Both the position numbers and the translations under genes were made by a program. The notes under the pieces were generated by a model. That model worked only from the letters and a program-made list of their open reading frames with translations, was not told the origin of the DNA and searched no databases. Shown in pieces: positions 27,582 to 42,595 of a stretch of 58,081 nucleotides of DNA (position 1 is the stretch's first letter; every line of letters starts with the position of its first letter). Source of the stretch: Pseudomonadota bacterium (GTDB lineage Bacteria > Pseudomonadota > Alphaproteobacteria > Rhizobiales > Beijerinckiaceae); NCBI GenBank assembly GCA_021777915.1, contig JAJYCZ010000001.1, positions 1 through 58,081 of the forward strand, written 5' to 3'.

Positions 27582-28249
27582 GGAAACGGCCGGTCACCGA
27601 AGGGACGCAGCAGGTCAGCAAAGGACAGGCGCCAAAAGCGCGTCGTGAGTCTCGGCGCGGGTGTTTCCGGTGGCGCCGGATTACGAAAACTATCCCGAAT
27701 ATGGGCGCGAGCTCAATCTGGCCTTCGGAGAGATCGCCTCGACGGCCATGGGATGACGTCCTTGCTTGACTGAACTTTCCTCTACCCGGAGAAAATGAAG
27801 CCATTCCGGTTGTTGCCGCCCGGTTGATCGGGATGCGCGCGGATGGAACCGAATGAATAATGATCCACCGCCATTTTCGGGGGACGATTTGGGGCGAAGC
27901 CGCTGATTTCCGCGCGGCTCTTGCCAGCGATTCCAGTCTCTGAATCCATGTGCGCATGGATCGCACTGATTTGCGGCGGCTGAGCAAGGACGAGTCGATT
28001 GATCTGGCGCCCCAGCTTTAACGACCGGATAGAACGTCGCGCACGTCGTCCAAGCCTCCTTCCACGGATAAGAAAACGCCGATTTGGGCATCGTCGACGA
28101 GTCACCCCCTCCGAGACCTGGTATCATTGCGTTCGCGCGCATCATGGCGGCAACGGCGGGAGGTTGGCCTATAGCCGTCCTTCGGCCAATGCCCCCTCCG
28201 CGCCCAACGGCGTCAACCCGAAATGGGACCGCGCGTCAAGTTCTCACCT

Positions 28250-32018
<3,769 letters not shown>

Positions 32019-32079
32019 GGACCCCGCCTCGACAGGGGCTTTTCGCCCCCGGCTTCGCAGGAATAAACGGAAACGCGCC

Positions 32080-32961
32080 TCAGCTCAATCCGACCTTCTT
32101 GAAGGCCTTGGATATCCACGAATCCGTGTGTTCGTGCGGCGACAATCCGTTCGACTGGAGACGCTCATAGGCGTCCTTGTACCATTGCGAATTGGGGAAA
32201 TTCGCGCCCAGAACCGCGGCGGCGGTCTCGGCTTCCTGGGTGACTCCCATGGCGAGATAGGCCTCGGTCAGGCGCTCCAGCGCTTCCTCGGCCTCGCGCG
32301 TGTTCTGATATTTGGCCAGCACTTCATGGAAGCGGTTGATCGCCGCAGGGTAGTTCTGGCGCTTCAGATAGTAGCGCCCGATCTCAAGCTCGTGACCGGC
32401 GAGCTGGTCGCGGCAGATTTCGATCTTGAGACGGGAGTCCGCCGCGTATTTCGACTTGGGATATTTGTCGACCACGGTCTGGTAATATTTCAGCGCCTTG
32501 ACGACGCGGTCCTGATCGCGCTGGACGTCGGGCATGTCGCCGTACATCGCCTGCCCGGCGAGATAGTTCACATATGGCGCGTCTTCAGTATTGGGATAGA
32601 GCGAGATATACCGGTCGGCGGCGGTGGAGGCGTCGACGAAGGCATTGTTGAGGTAGTCGGCATAGACTTCCATCACCAGGCCCTTGCGCGCCCATTCGCT
32701 GAACGGATATTGCTTCTGCAAGGCGGCGAACTGCTTGGCGGCGGCCTCGTAATCGTGATGGTCGATCTTGATCAGACCCTCGTTATAGATGTGATCCGGC
32801 GGGACGTCCGGATCGAGCTTCATCTCGTATTTCTTCTTGCCGAAGGGATTGAGATCCTCCAGCGAAAAGCAGAAGGCCGTATGCGCGCTGACGGTCAATG
32901 CCGCCCCGGCGAGCAAGAGAGCGCGGAAAGTCCTGAGGCCAAGGGAATGCGAATCGTTCAT
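32080..32961 (-). CDS. bamD: Outer membrane protein assembly factor BamD
   Basis: YPFSEWA, DVQRDQ, IGRYY..AAINRF, EAL.RLTEAY; lpxC-bamD-recN synteny. Confidence 0.93.
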   Translation of the reverse strand: MNDSHSLGLRTFRALLLAGAALTVSAHTAFCFSLEDLNPFGKKKYEMKLDPDVPPDHIYNEGLIKIDHHDYEAAAKQFAALQKQYPFSEWARKGLVMEVYADYLNNAFVDASTAADRYISLYPNTEDAPYVNYLAGQAMYGDMPDVQRDQDRVVKALKYYQTVVDKYPKSKYAADSRLKIEICRDQLAGHELEIGRYYLKRQNYPAAINRFHEVLAKYQNTREAEEALERLTEAYLAMGVTQEAETAAAVLGANFPNSQWYKDAYERLQSNGLSPHEHTDSWISKAFKKVGLS

Positions 32962-33128
32962 CCAACACGCTCGTGATCACGCGGGCGCGCCGGGCCCGGA
33001 AAGTTTCGGCTGTTTCGCGGCGAAGGCGCCAATTGGCGGCGCTCGGCAAGCGCCGCCGCCAACGCATAGCGCGGCGGGCGCGTAAAAGCAAAAGCGGTTT
33101 TTTGAGGCAATTTTAAGACCCGGCCGCC

Positions 33129-33164
33129 ATAGCCCGCCTTTAGACGGGCGTCTTAAGCCGCCCT
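33129..33164 (+). repeat. 36-bp REP-like element, degenerate copy
   Basis: ATAGCCCGCC-TTTA-GACGGGCGTC-TTAA-GCCGCCCT matches the reverse complement of 54992-55027. Confidence 0.65.
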
Positions 33165-33171
33165 ACCAGGT

Positions 33172-34122
33172 TCAGTTGCGCTCCGCCATATAGACCGGAG
33201 CGGCGACCAGACCGAGGTCGGCGCGGGCGCCTTCGCGCGGGACCGGCGCATAATCGACGAAGCGATAGGCCGAACGGTCGGCGAACAGGGCGGCGAGCAC
33301 GGCGACGTTCAGCTTGTGGCCGCCGCAATAGGAACGGTAGGCGCCGATGATCGGGGCGCCCGCCAACGCGAGGTCGCCCACCGCGTCGAGCATTTTATGG
33401 CGGACGAATTCGTCGGAATAGCGCAGGCCTTCGGGATTGAGGATGCGATCGTCGTCGATGCCGACGGAATTTTCGAGCGAGGCGCCCAGCGCGAAACCGG
33501 CGGTGACCAGCCGCTTGACGTCCGAAAGGAAGCCAAAGGTGCGCGCGCGCGCCAGATCGCGGCGGAACGAAGCCGCGTCGAGATCGAGACTCTTGCGCTG
33601 GCGGCCGATCGCCTCGCTCTGGAAGTCGATCTCGACATCGAGGCGAAAGCCCTTTTCCGCCGGAAGCAATTCGGCGAAAGCGCGGCCCTGCTCGACGCGG
33701 ACCGGCTTGAGAATCTTGAGATAGCGGCGCGGGGCGTCGAGCTGCACGATCCCGGCGCGGTCGATGGCTTCGACGAAAGCGGCGGCCGAGCCGTCCATGA
33801 TCGGAACTTCGGGGCCGTCGACCTCGACGAGGCAATTATCCACGCCAAGAGCGCGCAAGGCGGCGACCAGATGTTCGATCGTGGCGACCATATGCTGGGC
33901 GCCGTCGCCGATGACGGTGCATAGTTCGGTCATGGTCACCCTGGACCAGTTGGCCTCGATAACCCGGCTGCCGCCATCGGGCAGGCCGCTGCGCAGGAAC
34001 ACGAGACCGGCGTCGGCTTCGCTGGGATTGAGAACGAGACGAACAGGCTTGCCGGAATGAACGCCGATCCCTCCTGCCAGAACGGTGCGTTGGCGGAGCG
34101 TGGTCTGAAAGCGCTTCTTCAT
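33172..34122 (-). CDS. lpxC: UDP-3-O-acyl-N-acetylglucosamine deacetylase
   Basis: TIEHL, EVPIMDGS, ARTFGF, RHKMLDAVGD, GGHKLN. Confidence 0.96.
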   Translation of the reverse strand: MKKRFQTTLRQRTVLAGGIGVHSGKPVRLVLNPSEADAGLVFLRSGLPDGGSRVIEANWSRVTMTELCTVIGDGAQHMVATIEHLVAALRALGVDNCLVEVDGPEVPIMDGSAAAFVEAIDRAGIVQLDAPRRYLKILKPVRVEQGRAFAELLPAEKGFRLDVEIDFQSEAIGRQRKSLDLDAASFRRDLARARTFGFLSDVKRLVTAGFALGASLENSVGIDDDRILNPEGLRYSDEFVRHKMLDAVGDLALAGAPIIGAYRSYCGGHKLNVAVLAALFADRSAYRFVDYAPVPREGARADLGLVAAPVYMAERN

Positions 34123-34431
34123 TATTCTTCCGTTTGTTCGTCCCGTGTGGGTCACGGGAACGTTGCGGTTGCGCCCCGGTTTGGCCACGACATTGCCGCA
34201 CCGCCTCGAAAACGCCATCCCGAAAGTGGCGCGGCGAATCTCCAAAAAAACGAAACCGACTCGCCTCGCGGCCGCGGAAACCATGGATTCGCCATGGATT
34301 GAAGGTACCGGGCGCGGCCTGTCGCCACAAATCACTCTTTCTTACGCCCCTGTTACAAATTAACCGTATTTTCGTCGCGATCGCCTCAATCAATCGTCAA
34401 ACTCCGCCTCGATCAGCAACGTCGCGACGAC

Positions 34432-34458
34432 AAAAACCCGCCTTTCGGCGGGTTTTTT
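34432..34458. terminator. Intrinsic terminator downstream of ftsZ (bidirectional form)
   Basis: AAAAACCCGCC-TTTC-GGCGGGTTTTTT. Confidence 0.8.
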
Positions 34459-34487
34459 CGCGTCCTGCGCCGCAATCGCGGCTTTTG

Positions 34488-36227
34488 TCAGCTCGATTGA
34501 CGGCGCAGGAAGGCGGGAATTTCGAGATGATCTTCCTCGGCGCGCGGATAGCCGCGGCCGTTGGCGTCGATCATGGCGGCGGGGCGCTGCGCCGGCGGGC
34601 GCTTCGCATATTCGGCGTGAACCGGCGAAGGCTGGGCGGGGCGGGGCGCATAGCCCGCGGGCGCCTGGGCATGAGCCTGCGCCGGCGCCTGGACGGGCGC
34701 CTGGATGGGAGCGTGAAGCGCGGGCGCGGCGCCGACCTGTTCCTCGGCGCGGCTCATCCCGAAAGTGGCGAGACGCTCAAGGAGGGTGCGGCGGCGCGTT
34801 TCCGGCGCGGCGGCGTGCTGCTGGGCGCCGCGCATCAGGTTCTGGCCTGGCAGGGGCAGTTCGTCGATGCTGGGCATGCGCGGGGCGCGCATCGGCTGTT
34901 CGGCCGGCGGCGGAACGAAAGGCTCGGCGGCCACGGGCGCCTCGACGCGGCGCGCGGGCGCGGCCTGGGGCTCCTGATAGGCCGACGGCGGCGGCGCCAT
35001 GCGCTTGATCTGCACGTCGGGATGATGCGGCGCATAGATCTGCTCGGCGGCCGGCGGCGGCGCATAGGCCTGGACCGGCTGCGGCGCCGGAGCCGGCGGG
35101 GGCGCCATCTCGATCGGCTGAGGCGCATAATAGGCTTCCAGCGCCGGCGCCGCGGGGCGCGCGGACTGCATGGTTTCGGCGTGACGGGTCGCCGCCTGGA
35201 GGCGCAGGCGCTCGGCGGCCTCGGCCGCGACGCGCTGCTCGTTCAGCTCGGAGGCGCCGGCGGGCTTGTCGATGCCGGTGGCGACCACGGAGACGCGGAT
35301 CACGCCTTCCAGGCCGTGGTCGAAGGTCGCGCCGAGAATGATGTTGGCGTCCTCGTCCACTTCCTGGCGGATGCGGCTCGCGGCCTCGTCCACTTCATAG
35401 AGGGTGAGGTCGTTACCGCCCGTGATCGAGATCAGCAGGCCCTTGGCGCCCTTCATCGACACTTCGTCGAGCAGCGGATTGGCGATGGCCGCCTCGGCGG
35501 CGAGGATGGCGCGGCGTTCGCCGGTGGCCTCGCCGGTGCCCATCATCGCCTTGCCCATGTCGCGCATGATGGCGCGCACGTCGGCGAAATCGAGATTGAT
35601 CAGGCCCTCGCGCACCATCAGGTCGGTGATGCAGGCGACGCCGGAATAGAGCACCTGGTCGGCCATGGAGAAGGCGTCGGCGAAGGTCGTCTTCTCGTTG
35701 GCGACGCGGAACAGGTTCTGGTTCGGGATGACGATCAGGGTGTCGACTGACTTGTGCAGTTCCTCGATGCCCAGGTCCGCGATGCGCATGCGGCGGATGC
35801 CCTCGAACTGGAACGGCTTGGTGACGACGCCGACGGTGAGGATGCCCATGTCGCGCGCGGTGCGGGCAATGACCGGCGCCGCGCCGGTGCCGGTGCCGCC
35901 GCCCATGCCGGCGGTGACGAAGACCATATGGGCGCCGGCGAGGTGATCACGGATCTCCTCGATCGCCTCCTCGGCCGAGGCGCGCCCGACTTCAGGCTGC
36001 GAGCCGGCGCCGAGGCCTTCGGTCACCTGCAGGCCCATCTGGATGATGCGCTCGGCCCTGGAGCTGGTCAGCGCCTGGGCGTCGGTGTTGGCGACGATGA
36101 AATCGACCCCGGCGAGGCCGGAATCGATCATGTTGTTGACTGCGTTGCCGCCCGCGCCGCCCACGCCGCACACCATGATGCGGGGCTTGAGTTCACGCAA
36201 TTCCGGCGCTTTCAAGTTGATCGTCAT
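34488..36227 (-). CDS. ftsZ: Cell division protein FtsZ
   Basis: GGGTGTG, NLDFAD, long P/A/Q linker, [10 protein letters not shown]. Confidence 0.97.
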   Translation of the reverse strand: MTINLKAPELRELKPRIMVCGVGGAGGNAVNNMIDSGLAGVDFIVANTDAQALTSSRAERIIQMGLQVTEGLGAGSQPEVGRASAEEAIEEIRDHLAGAHMVFVTAGMGGGTGTGAAPVIARTARDMGILTVGVVTKPFQFEGIRRMRIADLGIEELHKSVDTLIVIPNQNLFRVANEKTTFADAFSMADQVLYSGVACITDLMVREGLINLDFADVRAIMRDMGKAMMGTGEATGERRAILAAEAAIANPLLDEVSMKGAKGLLISITGGNDLTLYEVDEAASRIRQEVDEDANIILGATFDHGLEGVIRVSVVATGIDKPAGASELNEQRVAAEAAERLRLQAATRHAETMQSARPAAPALEAYYAPQPIEMAPPPAPAPQPVQAYAPPPAAEQIYAPHHPDVQIKRMAPPPSAYQEPQAAPARRVEAPVAAEPFVPPPAEQPMRAPRMPSIDELPLPGQNLMRGAQQHAAAPETRRRTLLERLATFGMSRAEEQVGAAPALHAPIQAPVQAPAQAHAQAPAGYAPRPAQPSPVHAEYAKRPPAQRPAAMIDANGRGYPRAEEDHLEIPAFLRRQSS

Positions 36228-36315
36228 TCTTTCTGTCCTCTTGTTCCCTGGAGCTTGAGCGCTCGCGCCCTTCGCATTGAACCCTGCCGCCGGATGGCGG
36301 CCTCGCCTTTCACCT

Positions 36316-37629
36316 TCAGAAACTGTCCTTGATCCAGCGGCCGACCCTGCCGAAATAGCCCGCCGACCGCTCCTCCCCGCCACCGCTCGACCGACTTGGC
36401 TCGAAATATTCGACATTCGAGAACTGCGGATAGACCAGCAGCCCGACCGAGGCCGAGAAGCCGGGGCTTTTCGCCGATTCCGGCATGCCCTGGACGCCGA
36501 GCGGACGCCCGACGCGAATCTGGCCGCCGAGGATTCGCCGCGCCGCTTCCGGCAGGCCGGTGAGTTGGCTCGCGCCGCCGGTCAGGACGATCCGGCAGCC
36601 GGAGGTCGGCGCGAAACCCGCGGCCTTGAGGCGGTCGCGCGCCAGTTCGAGAATTTCCTCGACGCGCGGCCGAATGATCCGCGTGAGCTGCGACCTGGAA
36701 ATATGGATCGCGCCGTCGCCGTCGTCGCCCACCTGCGGAATGTTGAGGGTTTCGCGGTCGTCGGAGGGCGAGGAGATGGCGCTGCCATAAAGCGTCTTGA
36801 GCCGCTCGGCGTCGGCGAGCCGGGTGTTGAGGCCGCGCGCGATGTCCATGGTGATGTGCTTGCCGCCGACGGCGAAGGCGTCGCCATGCAACAGCTTGCC
36901 GTCGCGGAAGACGCCGACGCCGACCGAGCCGCCGCCGAGGTCGAGCACGGTCGCGCCGAGCACCGCCTCGTCGTCCACGAGAACCGCCAATCCCGACGCA
37001 TAAGGCGTCGCGACCACCGCCTCGATGGAGAGATGGCAACGCTCGACCGCGAGCAGCAGATTGCTGAGCGCCGCCGCATCGGCGCTGACGACATGAAGGT
37101 CGGCGCCGAGCGCCTCGCCCATCATGCCCTTGGGATCGCGGATGCCGCCGGCGCCGTCGAGGGTGAAGCCGGTCGGCAGGCTGTGCAGGATCGCCCGGCC
37201 CTGCTGGGCGGTGCGCAGGCTCGTCGCCTCCAGCACGCGATGAATGTCGTTTTCCGAGACGCTGCGGACGACCGGCACATGGGCGTGGAAATAGGCGGAG
37301 CCGAGGCGGCCGCCGTGATTGGCGACGATCACGCTTTCGACCTGCGCCTTGGCCATGCGTTCGGCGGCGTCCACGGCCAGACGAATCGCGGCCTCGGCCT
37401 CATCCATGTCGATGACCACGCCGCCCTTGATGCCGCGCGAGCGCTGATGGCCGATGCCAAGGATGCGGGTGCGGTGGGTGCGTCCGCGCAGAAGGTCGGA
37501 GGGCTCGGCCGGAATCAGCTTGGCGATCAGGCACACCACCTTGGAGGCGCCGACGTCGAGCACGCAGAGGATCGAGCTTTTCCGCGTGGAGATCGGCTTG
37601 ATCCGGGGCAGATGGACGGAAGCGATCAT
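36316..37629 (-). CDS. ftsA: Cell division protein FtsA
   Basis: [26 protein letters not shown]. Confidence 0.96.
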   Translation of the reverse strand: MIASVHLPRIKPISTRKSSILCVLDVGASKVVCLIAKLIPAEPSDLLRGRTHRTRILGIGHQRSRGIKGGVVIDMDEAEAAIRLAVDAAERMAKAQVESVIVANHGGRLGSAYFHAHVPVVRSVSENDIHRVLEATSLRTAQQGRAILHSLPTGFTLDGAGGIRDPKGMMGEALGADLHVVSADAAALSNLLLAVERCHLSIEAVVATPYASGLAVLVDDEAVLGATVLDLGGGSVGVGVFRDGKLLHGDAFAVGGKHITMDIARGLNTRLADAERLKTLYGSAISSPSDDRETLNIPQVGDDGDGAIHISRSQLTRIIRPRVEEILELARDRLKAAGFAPTSGCRIVLTGGASQLTGLPEAARRILGGQIRVGRPLGVQGMPESAKSPGFSASVGLLVYPQFSNVEYFEPSRSSGGGEERSAGYFGRVGRWIKDSF

Positions 37630-38615
37630 TTATGCGCCCCCTTGGCATGCGACTGGGCGGCGCGCGCGGCGGCCGCCTCTTCGGTCAGGCGCGCGTAAAG
37701 CTTGCCGGGAACGCGCATATCCAGCGAAACCACCGCCTTTTCGATCAGCCCGGATGCGGCTTCGAGCCGCGCCAGAAGAGCCACGGCCTTTTGCGGATCG
37801 GCCTCGGGCAGCAGCACGTCCACGCCCGTCGTCATCTTGAGGTTCCAGCGCCGCCTCGACACCAGCACGCCGGCGCGGATATTGCCGCGCAGATCGCCCG
37901 CCGCGTCGAGCAGCGCGACATATTCGCCGATCCGCTCGTTGGCGCCGTCGCCGACGACGAAAGGCAGGGATTCGAATTTCGGATTGTCCAGCTTGTCGAT
38001 CGGGGCGCCGTCCGCGGCGACGATCGAGACCGCGCCGTCCTTCTGCCACAGGCCATAGGGCTTGCGCTCGGTGATCTCGATGACGAGGCGGTCGGGGAAG
38101 AATTTGCGAATGCTGGCGTTCTTGATCAGCGGCAGGGCGAGCAGACGGTTGCGCAGCGCGGCGGCGTCCAGGAACAGCAGCGACTGTCGGGAATCGGCGC
38201 CGACGATCGCGAGAATCTGCTTGTCGCTCACCTCATGCTGGCCGGCGATGGTGACAGAATCGATCCCGAAGCCCAGCGCGCGCGCCATCATGTCGCCGGG
38301 CACGCCATGATCCTGCACGAAAGCGGCATATTGGCCGTTGGCGACCGCGCCAAGCAGGCCGGCCCCGGAGAGGAAGCCGAGCGCGAGAACGGAGCCGAGG
38401 CCCGGCAGCCCGAGAAAGGTCGTGAGCGCGCCGCTTTCCTCGTGGCGCCGGGACCTGCGGCGGGGCGCGGCCTTTGGCGTGGTTTTCGGCGCGACCATGG
38501 CGCGCGGATGGAAAAGGGAAAGCCCGTGGAAAGGACCAGCGAGCCCGGCGCGCGACGATGCGAGGGCCGGATCAAGCCCATCTACCGGTCGCAGGAGGCG
38601 TCTTCCACCATCCAT
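37626..38615 (-). CDS. ftsQ: Cell division protein FtsQ
   Basis: TM segment plus POTRA (LPLIKNASIRKFFPD..ITER), RRWNL, DMR; dcw position. Confidence 0.92.
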   Translation of the reverse strand: MDGGRRLLRPVDGLDPALASSRAGLAGPFHGLSLFHPRAMVAPKTTPKAAPRRRSRRHEESGALTTFLGLPGLGSVLALGFLSGAGLLGAVANGQYAAFVQDHGVPGDMMARALGFGIDSVTIAGQHEVSDKQILAIVGADSRQSLLFLDAAALRNRLLALPLIKNASIRKFFPDRLVIEITERKPYGLWQKDGAVSIVAADGAPIDKLDNPKFESLPFVVGDGANERIGEYVALLDAAGDLRGNIRAGVLVSRRRWNLKMTTGVDVLLPEADPQKAVALLARLEAASGLIEKAVVSLDMRVPGKLYARLTEEAAAARAAQSHAKGAHK

Positions 38616-39505
38616 TTCACAAGCTCACCGAACGGAACGCCGGCATAAGCGGCCATTTCGGGCGCAAGGGAGGTCTCGGTCATTCCCGGCTGAGTATTCA
38701 CTTCCAGAACGACGATTTCGCCCGTACCTCCGGGGCGGTCGTCGTAACGGAAGTCGGTTCGGCTCATGCCGCGGCATCCGAGCGCCCTGTGCGCCTTCAA
38801 CGCCAAATCTTGAACAAGTTGGTAAATATTTTCTTTAACTTTTGCCGGAAGTTCATGAATTGACCCTCCCGGCGCATATTTCGCCTCGAAGTCGTACCAG
38901 CCGCCGCCGGCGGCCTTGATTTCGATGACGCCCAGCGCCCGCTCGCCCATGACCGCGCAGGTCAACTCGCGGCCGGCGATATATTTTTCCGCCAGCATCA
39001 GGTCGCCGTAAGCCCAGTCCGGCCGCAGCAGTTCCTGCGGCGGGTGGGACGTTCCCTCCTGGACGATGAACACGCCGTAGGACGAGCCTTCCGCCACCGG
39101 CTTCAAGACATAGGGCGGCGGCAGGACATGCGCCCCGGCCGCCTCGAAGCGCGAGACCACCCTGCCCGGCGCCACCGGCACGCCGGCCGCCGCCATGATC
39201 AGCTTGGCCTTGTCCTTGTTGGCGGCCAGCGCCGAGGCCAGCACGCCCGAATGGCTGTAGGGGATGCGCAACAGCTCCAGCACGCCCTGGATGATTCCAT
39301 CCTCGCCGCCCGGCCCATGCAGGGCGTTGAGCGCGACGTCGGGCTTGAGCTTCGGCAGAACTTCCGCAACGTCGCGTCCGACATCGACTCGCGTCACCTT
39401 GTAGCCCTGGCTTTCGAGCGCCTTGGCGCAGGCCTCGCCGGAGCGCAGGGAGACCCCCCTCTCGCTGGAAAAACCGCCCATCAGGACCGCGACATGCTTG
39501 GTCAT
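38582..39505 (-). CDS. ddl: D-alanine--D-alanine ligase
   Basis: GGFSSER.VSL, LHGPGGEDG, EGSS, LEVNTQPG. Confidence 0.96.
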   Translation of the reverse strand: MTKHVAVLMGGFSSERGVSLRSGEACAKALESQGYKVTRVDVGRDVAEVLPKLKPDVALNALHGPGGEDGIIQGVLELLRIPYSHSGVLASALAANKDKAKLIMAAAGVPVAPGRVVSRFEAAGAHVLPPPYVLKPVAEGSSYGVFIVQEGTSHPPQELLRPDWAYGDLMLAEKYIAGRELTCAVMGERALGVIEIKAAGGGWYDFEAKYAPGGSIHELPAKVKENIYQLVQDLALKAHRALGCRGMSRTDFRYDDRPGGTGEIVVLEVNTQPGMTETSLAPEMAAYAGVPFGELVKWMVEDASCDR

Positions 39506-39522
39506 GTGAATATTCCTGAATG

Positions 39523-40461
39523 TTATGGGCGAGCGCCCTTTATTCCGATCCGCTTGATTTCCCATTGCAGTTCGACGCCGGTGGCGGCCTTGACCCGGGC
39601 GCGGACGTCCTCGCCGAGATTTTCGATGTCGGCGGCGCTCGCCGCGCCGCGATTGATCAAAAAGTTGCAGTGCATCGGCGACACCTGGGCGTCGCCGAGG
39701 ACGAGGCCGCGGCAGCCGGCGCGGTCGATCAATTGCCACGCCTTGTCGCCGGGTGGATTCTTGAAGGTCGAGCCGCCGGTCTTTTCGCGGATCGGCTGCG
39801 ATTTCTCCCGCGCCTCGGTGATCCGCTCCATTTCGGCGAGGATTTTTGCCGGCTCGCCCGGCCGCCCCTGAAACAGCGCGCTGGTGAAGATGACGTCCTC
39901 GGGCGCCGCGCTGTGGCGGTAGGTCATGTGGAGATCTTCGACGGTGAACTCGACGACCTCGCCTTTCCGATCAACCCCCCGCGCGGAGAGCAAAACATCC
40001 CTGGTCTCGCCGCCGTGGGCGCCGGCGTTCATCCGCAGCGCGCCGCCGATGGCGCCGGGGATGCCGCGCAGGAAGGCGAGGCCGTCGATCCCGGCCTCGG
40101 CCGCGACTTTGGCGACGCGCATGTCGGGCGCCGCGGCGCCGGCCCGCAGCCGGAAACCCTGTTCCACCACGATCTCGCCGAAAACCTTGCCGCCGAGACG
40201 GATCACCACGCCAGCGACGCCGCCGTCGCGCACGATCAGATTCGAGCCAAGCCCGATGGTCGTGACCGGAATGTCGGCGGGGAGGTTTTTCAGAAAATAG
40301 GAAAGGTCGGCCTCGTCGGCCGGATTGAACAGGACTTCCGCCGGCCCGCCGACGCGAAACCAGGTGAAGGGCGCAAGCTCGGCCCCGGGCGTCAGCCGTC
40401 CGCGCGTTTCGGGCGCGGCGGCGGAAATGCGCGCGGCCAGACCCGCAGGAACCGCCGTCAC
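39523..40461 (-). CDS. murB: UDP-N-acetylmuramate dehydrogenase
   Basis: [35 protein letters not shown]; GTG start inferred from the GTGA overlap. Confidence 0.95.
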   Translation of the reverse strand: MTAVPAGLAARISAAAPETRGRLTPGAELAPFTWFRVGGPAEVLFNPADEADLSYFLKNLPADIPVTTIGLGSNLIVRDGGVAGVVIRLGGKVFGEIVVEQGFRLRAGAAAPDMRVAKVAAEAGIDGLAFLRGIPGAIGGALRMNAGAHGGETRDVLLSARGVDRKGEVVEFTVEDLHMTYRHSAAPEDVIFTSALFQGRPGEPAKILAEMERITEAREKSQPIREKTGGSTFKNPPGDKAWQLIDRAGCRGLVLGDAQVSPMHCNFLINRGAASAADIENLGEDVRARVKAATGVELQWEIKRIGIKGARP

Positions 40462-41159
40462 GCGAAGGCGCCTTCGAGCCAGGCCGTCACGACTTCGGCG
40501 CCGAGCGCGGCCGTCGCCGGGCCTAATTGCGTCGCCTGCTTGCGCAGGGTCGCGGGCCGGATTTTCGCCGCCGACAATTCGACGGCATGGCCGATCAGCC
40601 AGCGTTCGATGCATTCCGGCGCGAGCTCGACATGGAATTGCAGGCCGAGCGCAAAAGAGCCGATGGCGAAAGCCTGGTTGGGACAGCTTGCGGTGAAGGC
40701 CAGACGCACCGAACCGCGCGGCAGGTCGAAATTGTCGCCATGCCAATGCAGCACCGGCTGGTCATTGAGCGGCGCCAGCACCGAATTCAGGCCCGTCGGC
40801 GTGAGGGTCAGCGGCGCATAGCCGATTTCCCTCGCCGCCCCCGGCCCGACCCGCGCGCCGAGCGAAGCCGCCATCAGTTGCGCGCCGAGACAAATGCCGA
40901 GCGTCGGCTTTTTCGCGCGCAGGCGCTCGCCGATCGCGGAGGTTTCGTCGACCAGCCATGGATAGGCTTCGACCTCGTAAACGCCGATCGGACCGCCGAG
41001 CACGACCAGCAGATCGCAGTTCTGCATTTCCGCGACGGGAAAAGGCTCGACCCCGGCCTCGAAATAGTGAATCGCGAAGCCAAGCTCGGGCAGGAGCGTC
41101 CCCAGAACGCCCAGATCCTCGAAGGCGACATGGCGAATGACCAGACAGGAGCGGGTCAT
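40458..41159 (-). CDS. Class I glutamine amidotransferase-like protein
   Basis: LGGP, GICLGAQ (catalytic Cys), HWHGD, QFHVE (His-Glu); ATG at 41159 overlaps the murC stop. Confidence 0.88.
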   Translation of the reverse strand: MTRSCLVIRHVAFEDLGVLGTLLPELGFAIHYFEAGVEPFPVAEMQNCDLLVVLGGPIGVYEVEAYPWLVDETSAIGERLRAKKPTLGICLGAQLMAASLGARVGPGAAREIGYAPLTLTPTGLNSVLAPLNDQPVLHWHGDNFDLPRGSVRLAFTASCPNQAFAIGSFALGLQFHVELAPECIERWLIGHAVELSAAKIRPATLRKQATQLGPATAALGAEVVTAWLEGAFA

Positions 41160-42565
41160 GCGGCGTCTCCCGCCGCGAGCTGTCCCGGCAAGGCGTAGGC
41201 CCATTGGGTGATGTTGCCGGCGCCGAGCATCACCACATAATCCCCCGGCGCGGCGATTTTGCGGATCATGTCCGGCAGTTCGTCCGGGCTTGGCAGGGCA
41301 ATCGCCTGGCGATGGCCGTGGGCCTTGATCGCCGCGACCAAGGCATCCTTGTCGACGCCCTCGATCGGCGCCTCGCCGGCCGCATAGACATCGGCCACGA
41401 ACACCACGTCGGCGTCGTTGAAACAGGTCGCGAACTGGTCGAACAGCGACTGAAGCCGGGTAAAGCGGTGCGGCTGGGCCACGGCGATCACCTTGTGCGG
41501 GGTCGAGGCGCGGGCGGCGCGCAGCACCGCCGCGATTTCCACCGGATGATGGCCATAATCGTCGAAGATCGCCACGCCGTTCCATTCGCCGACGCGGGTG
41601 AAGCGCCGCTTCACCCCGCCAAACGACGCCAGGCCCTTGCGGATGTTCTCGACGCTGACGCCGAGCTTGTGGGCGACGACGATCGCGGCGGCGGCGTTCA
41701 GCGCGTTGTGATGGCCCGGCATGGGAAGGGTCAGGTCCGACAGGACGGTCTCGCGGCCCTGCTGGCGGTCGCGGAGCGTGACGGTGAAGCGCGACACGCC
41801 GCCGGTCAGGTCGATATTGGAAAGCAGCGCATCGGCCTGCGGGTTTTCGCCATAGGTGATGACATGGCGGTCCTCGATCTTGCCGACCAGCTCCTGCACC
41901 GCCGGATGATCGAGGCACATCACCGCGAAACCGTAAAAAGGCAGGTTCTCGACGAAGGCGCGGAAGGCTTCCTTGATCGCGTCATAGGTCTTGAAATGGT
42001 CGAGGTGCTCGGCGTCGATATTGGTGACCACCGCGACATCGGCGGGCAGTTTCAGGAACGTGCCGTCGCTTTCATCCGCTTCGACCACCATCCAGTCGCC
42101 CGCGCCCAGTTTAGCATTGGCGCCATAGGCGTTGATGATGCCGCCGTTGATCACGGTGGGGTCGAGCCCGCCGGCGTCGAGCAGGGTCGAAACCAGCGAG
42201 GTCGTGGTGGTCTTGCCATGGGTCCCGGCGATGGCGACGCATTGCTTGAGGCGCATCAGTTCGGCCAGCATTTCGGCGCGCCGCACTACCGGCAGGCGCT
42301 TTTCGCGCGCGGCGGCGAGTTCCGGGTTGTCGCGCTTGATCGCGGTCGAGACCACCACCACCGCGGCCTCGCCGAGGTTGCGGGCGTTGTGGCCGACGAA
42401 GACCCGCGCGCCCTTTTCGCGCAGGCGCTTGACATTGGCGTTGTCGGAGGCGTCCGAGCCCTGGACGTCGTAGCCGAGGTTGAGCAGCACTTCGGCGATG
42501 CCCGACATGCCGATGCCGCCGATTCCGACGAAATGGATGGGCCCAAGTTTGCTCGGCAATTTCAT
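41156..42565 (-). CDS. murC: UDP-N-acetylmuramate--L-alanine ligase
   Basis: [30 protein letters not shown]. Confidence 0.97.
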   Translation of the reverse strand: MKLPSKLGPIHFVGIGGIGMSGIAEVLLNLGYDVQGSDASDNANVKRLREKGARVFVGHNARNLGEAAVVVVSTAIKRDNPELAAAREKRLPVVRRAEMLAELMRLKQCVAIAGTHGKTTTTSLVSTLLDAGGLDPTVINGGIINAYGANAKLGAGDWMVVEADESDGTFLKLPADVAVVTNIDAEHLDHFKTYDAIKEAFRAFVENLPFYGFAVMCLDHPAVQELVGKIEDRHVITYGENPQADALLSNIDLTGGVSRFTVTLRDRQQGRETVLSDLTLPMPGHHNALNAAAAIVVAHKLGVSVENIRKGLASFGGVKRRFTRVGEWNGVAIFDDYGHHPVEIAAVLRAARASTPHKVIAVAQPHRFTRLQSLFDQFATCFNDADVVFVADVYAAGEAPIEGVDKDALVAAIKAHGHRQAIALPSPDELPDMIRKIAAPGDYVVMLGAGNITQWAYALPGQLAAGDAA

Positions 42566-42595
42566 TGGCGAAACTCCAGGAATGCCGTGGGGGGT

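Noticed and set aside
26677-27987. 436-aa minus-strand repeat ORF (and 26861-27415, 27181-27519)
   Set aside because: Alternative-frame readouts of the 42-bp repeat; only 26940-27581 has an RBS and a signal peptide.
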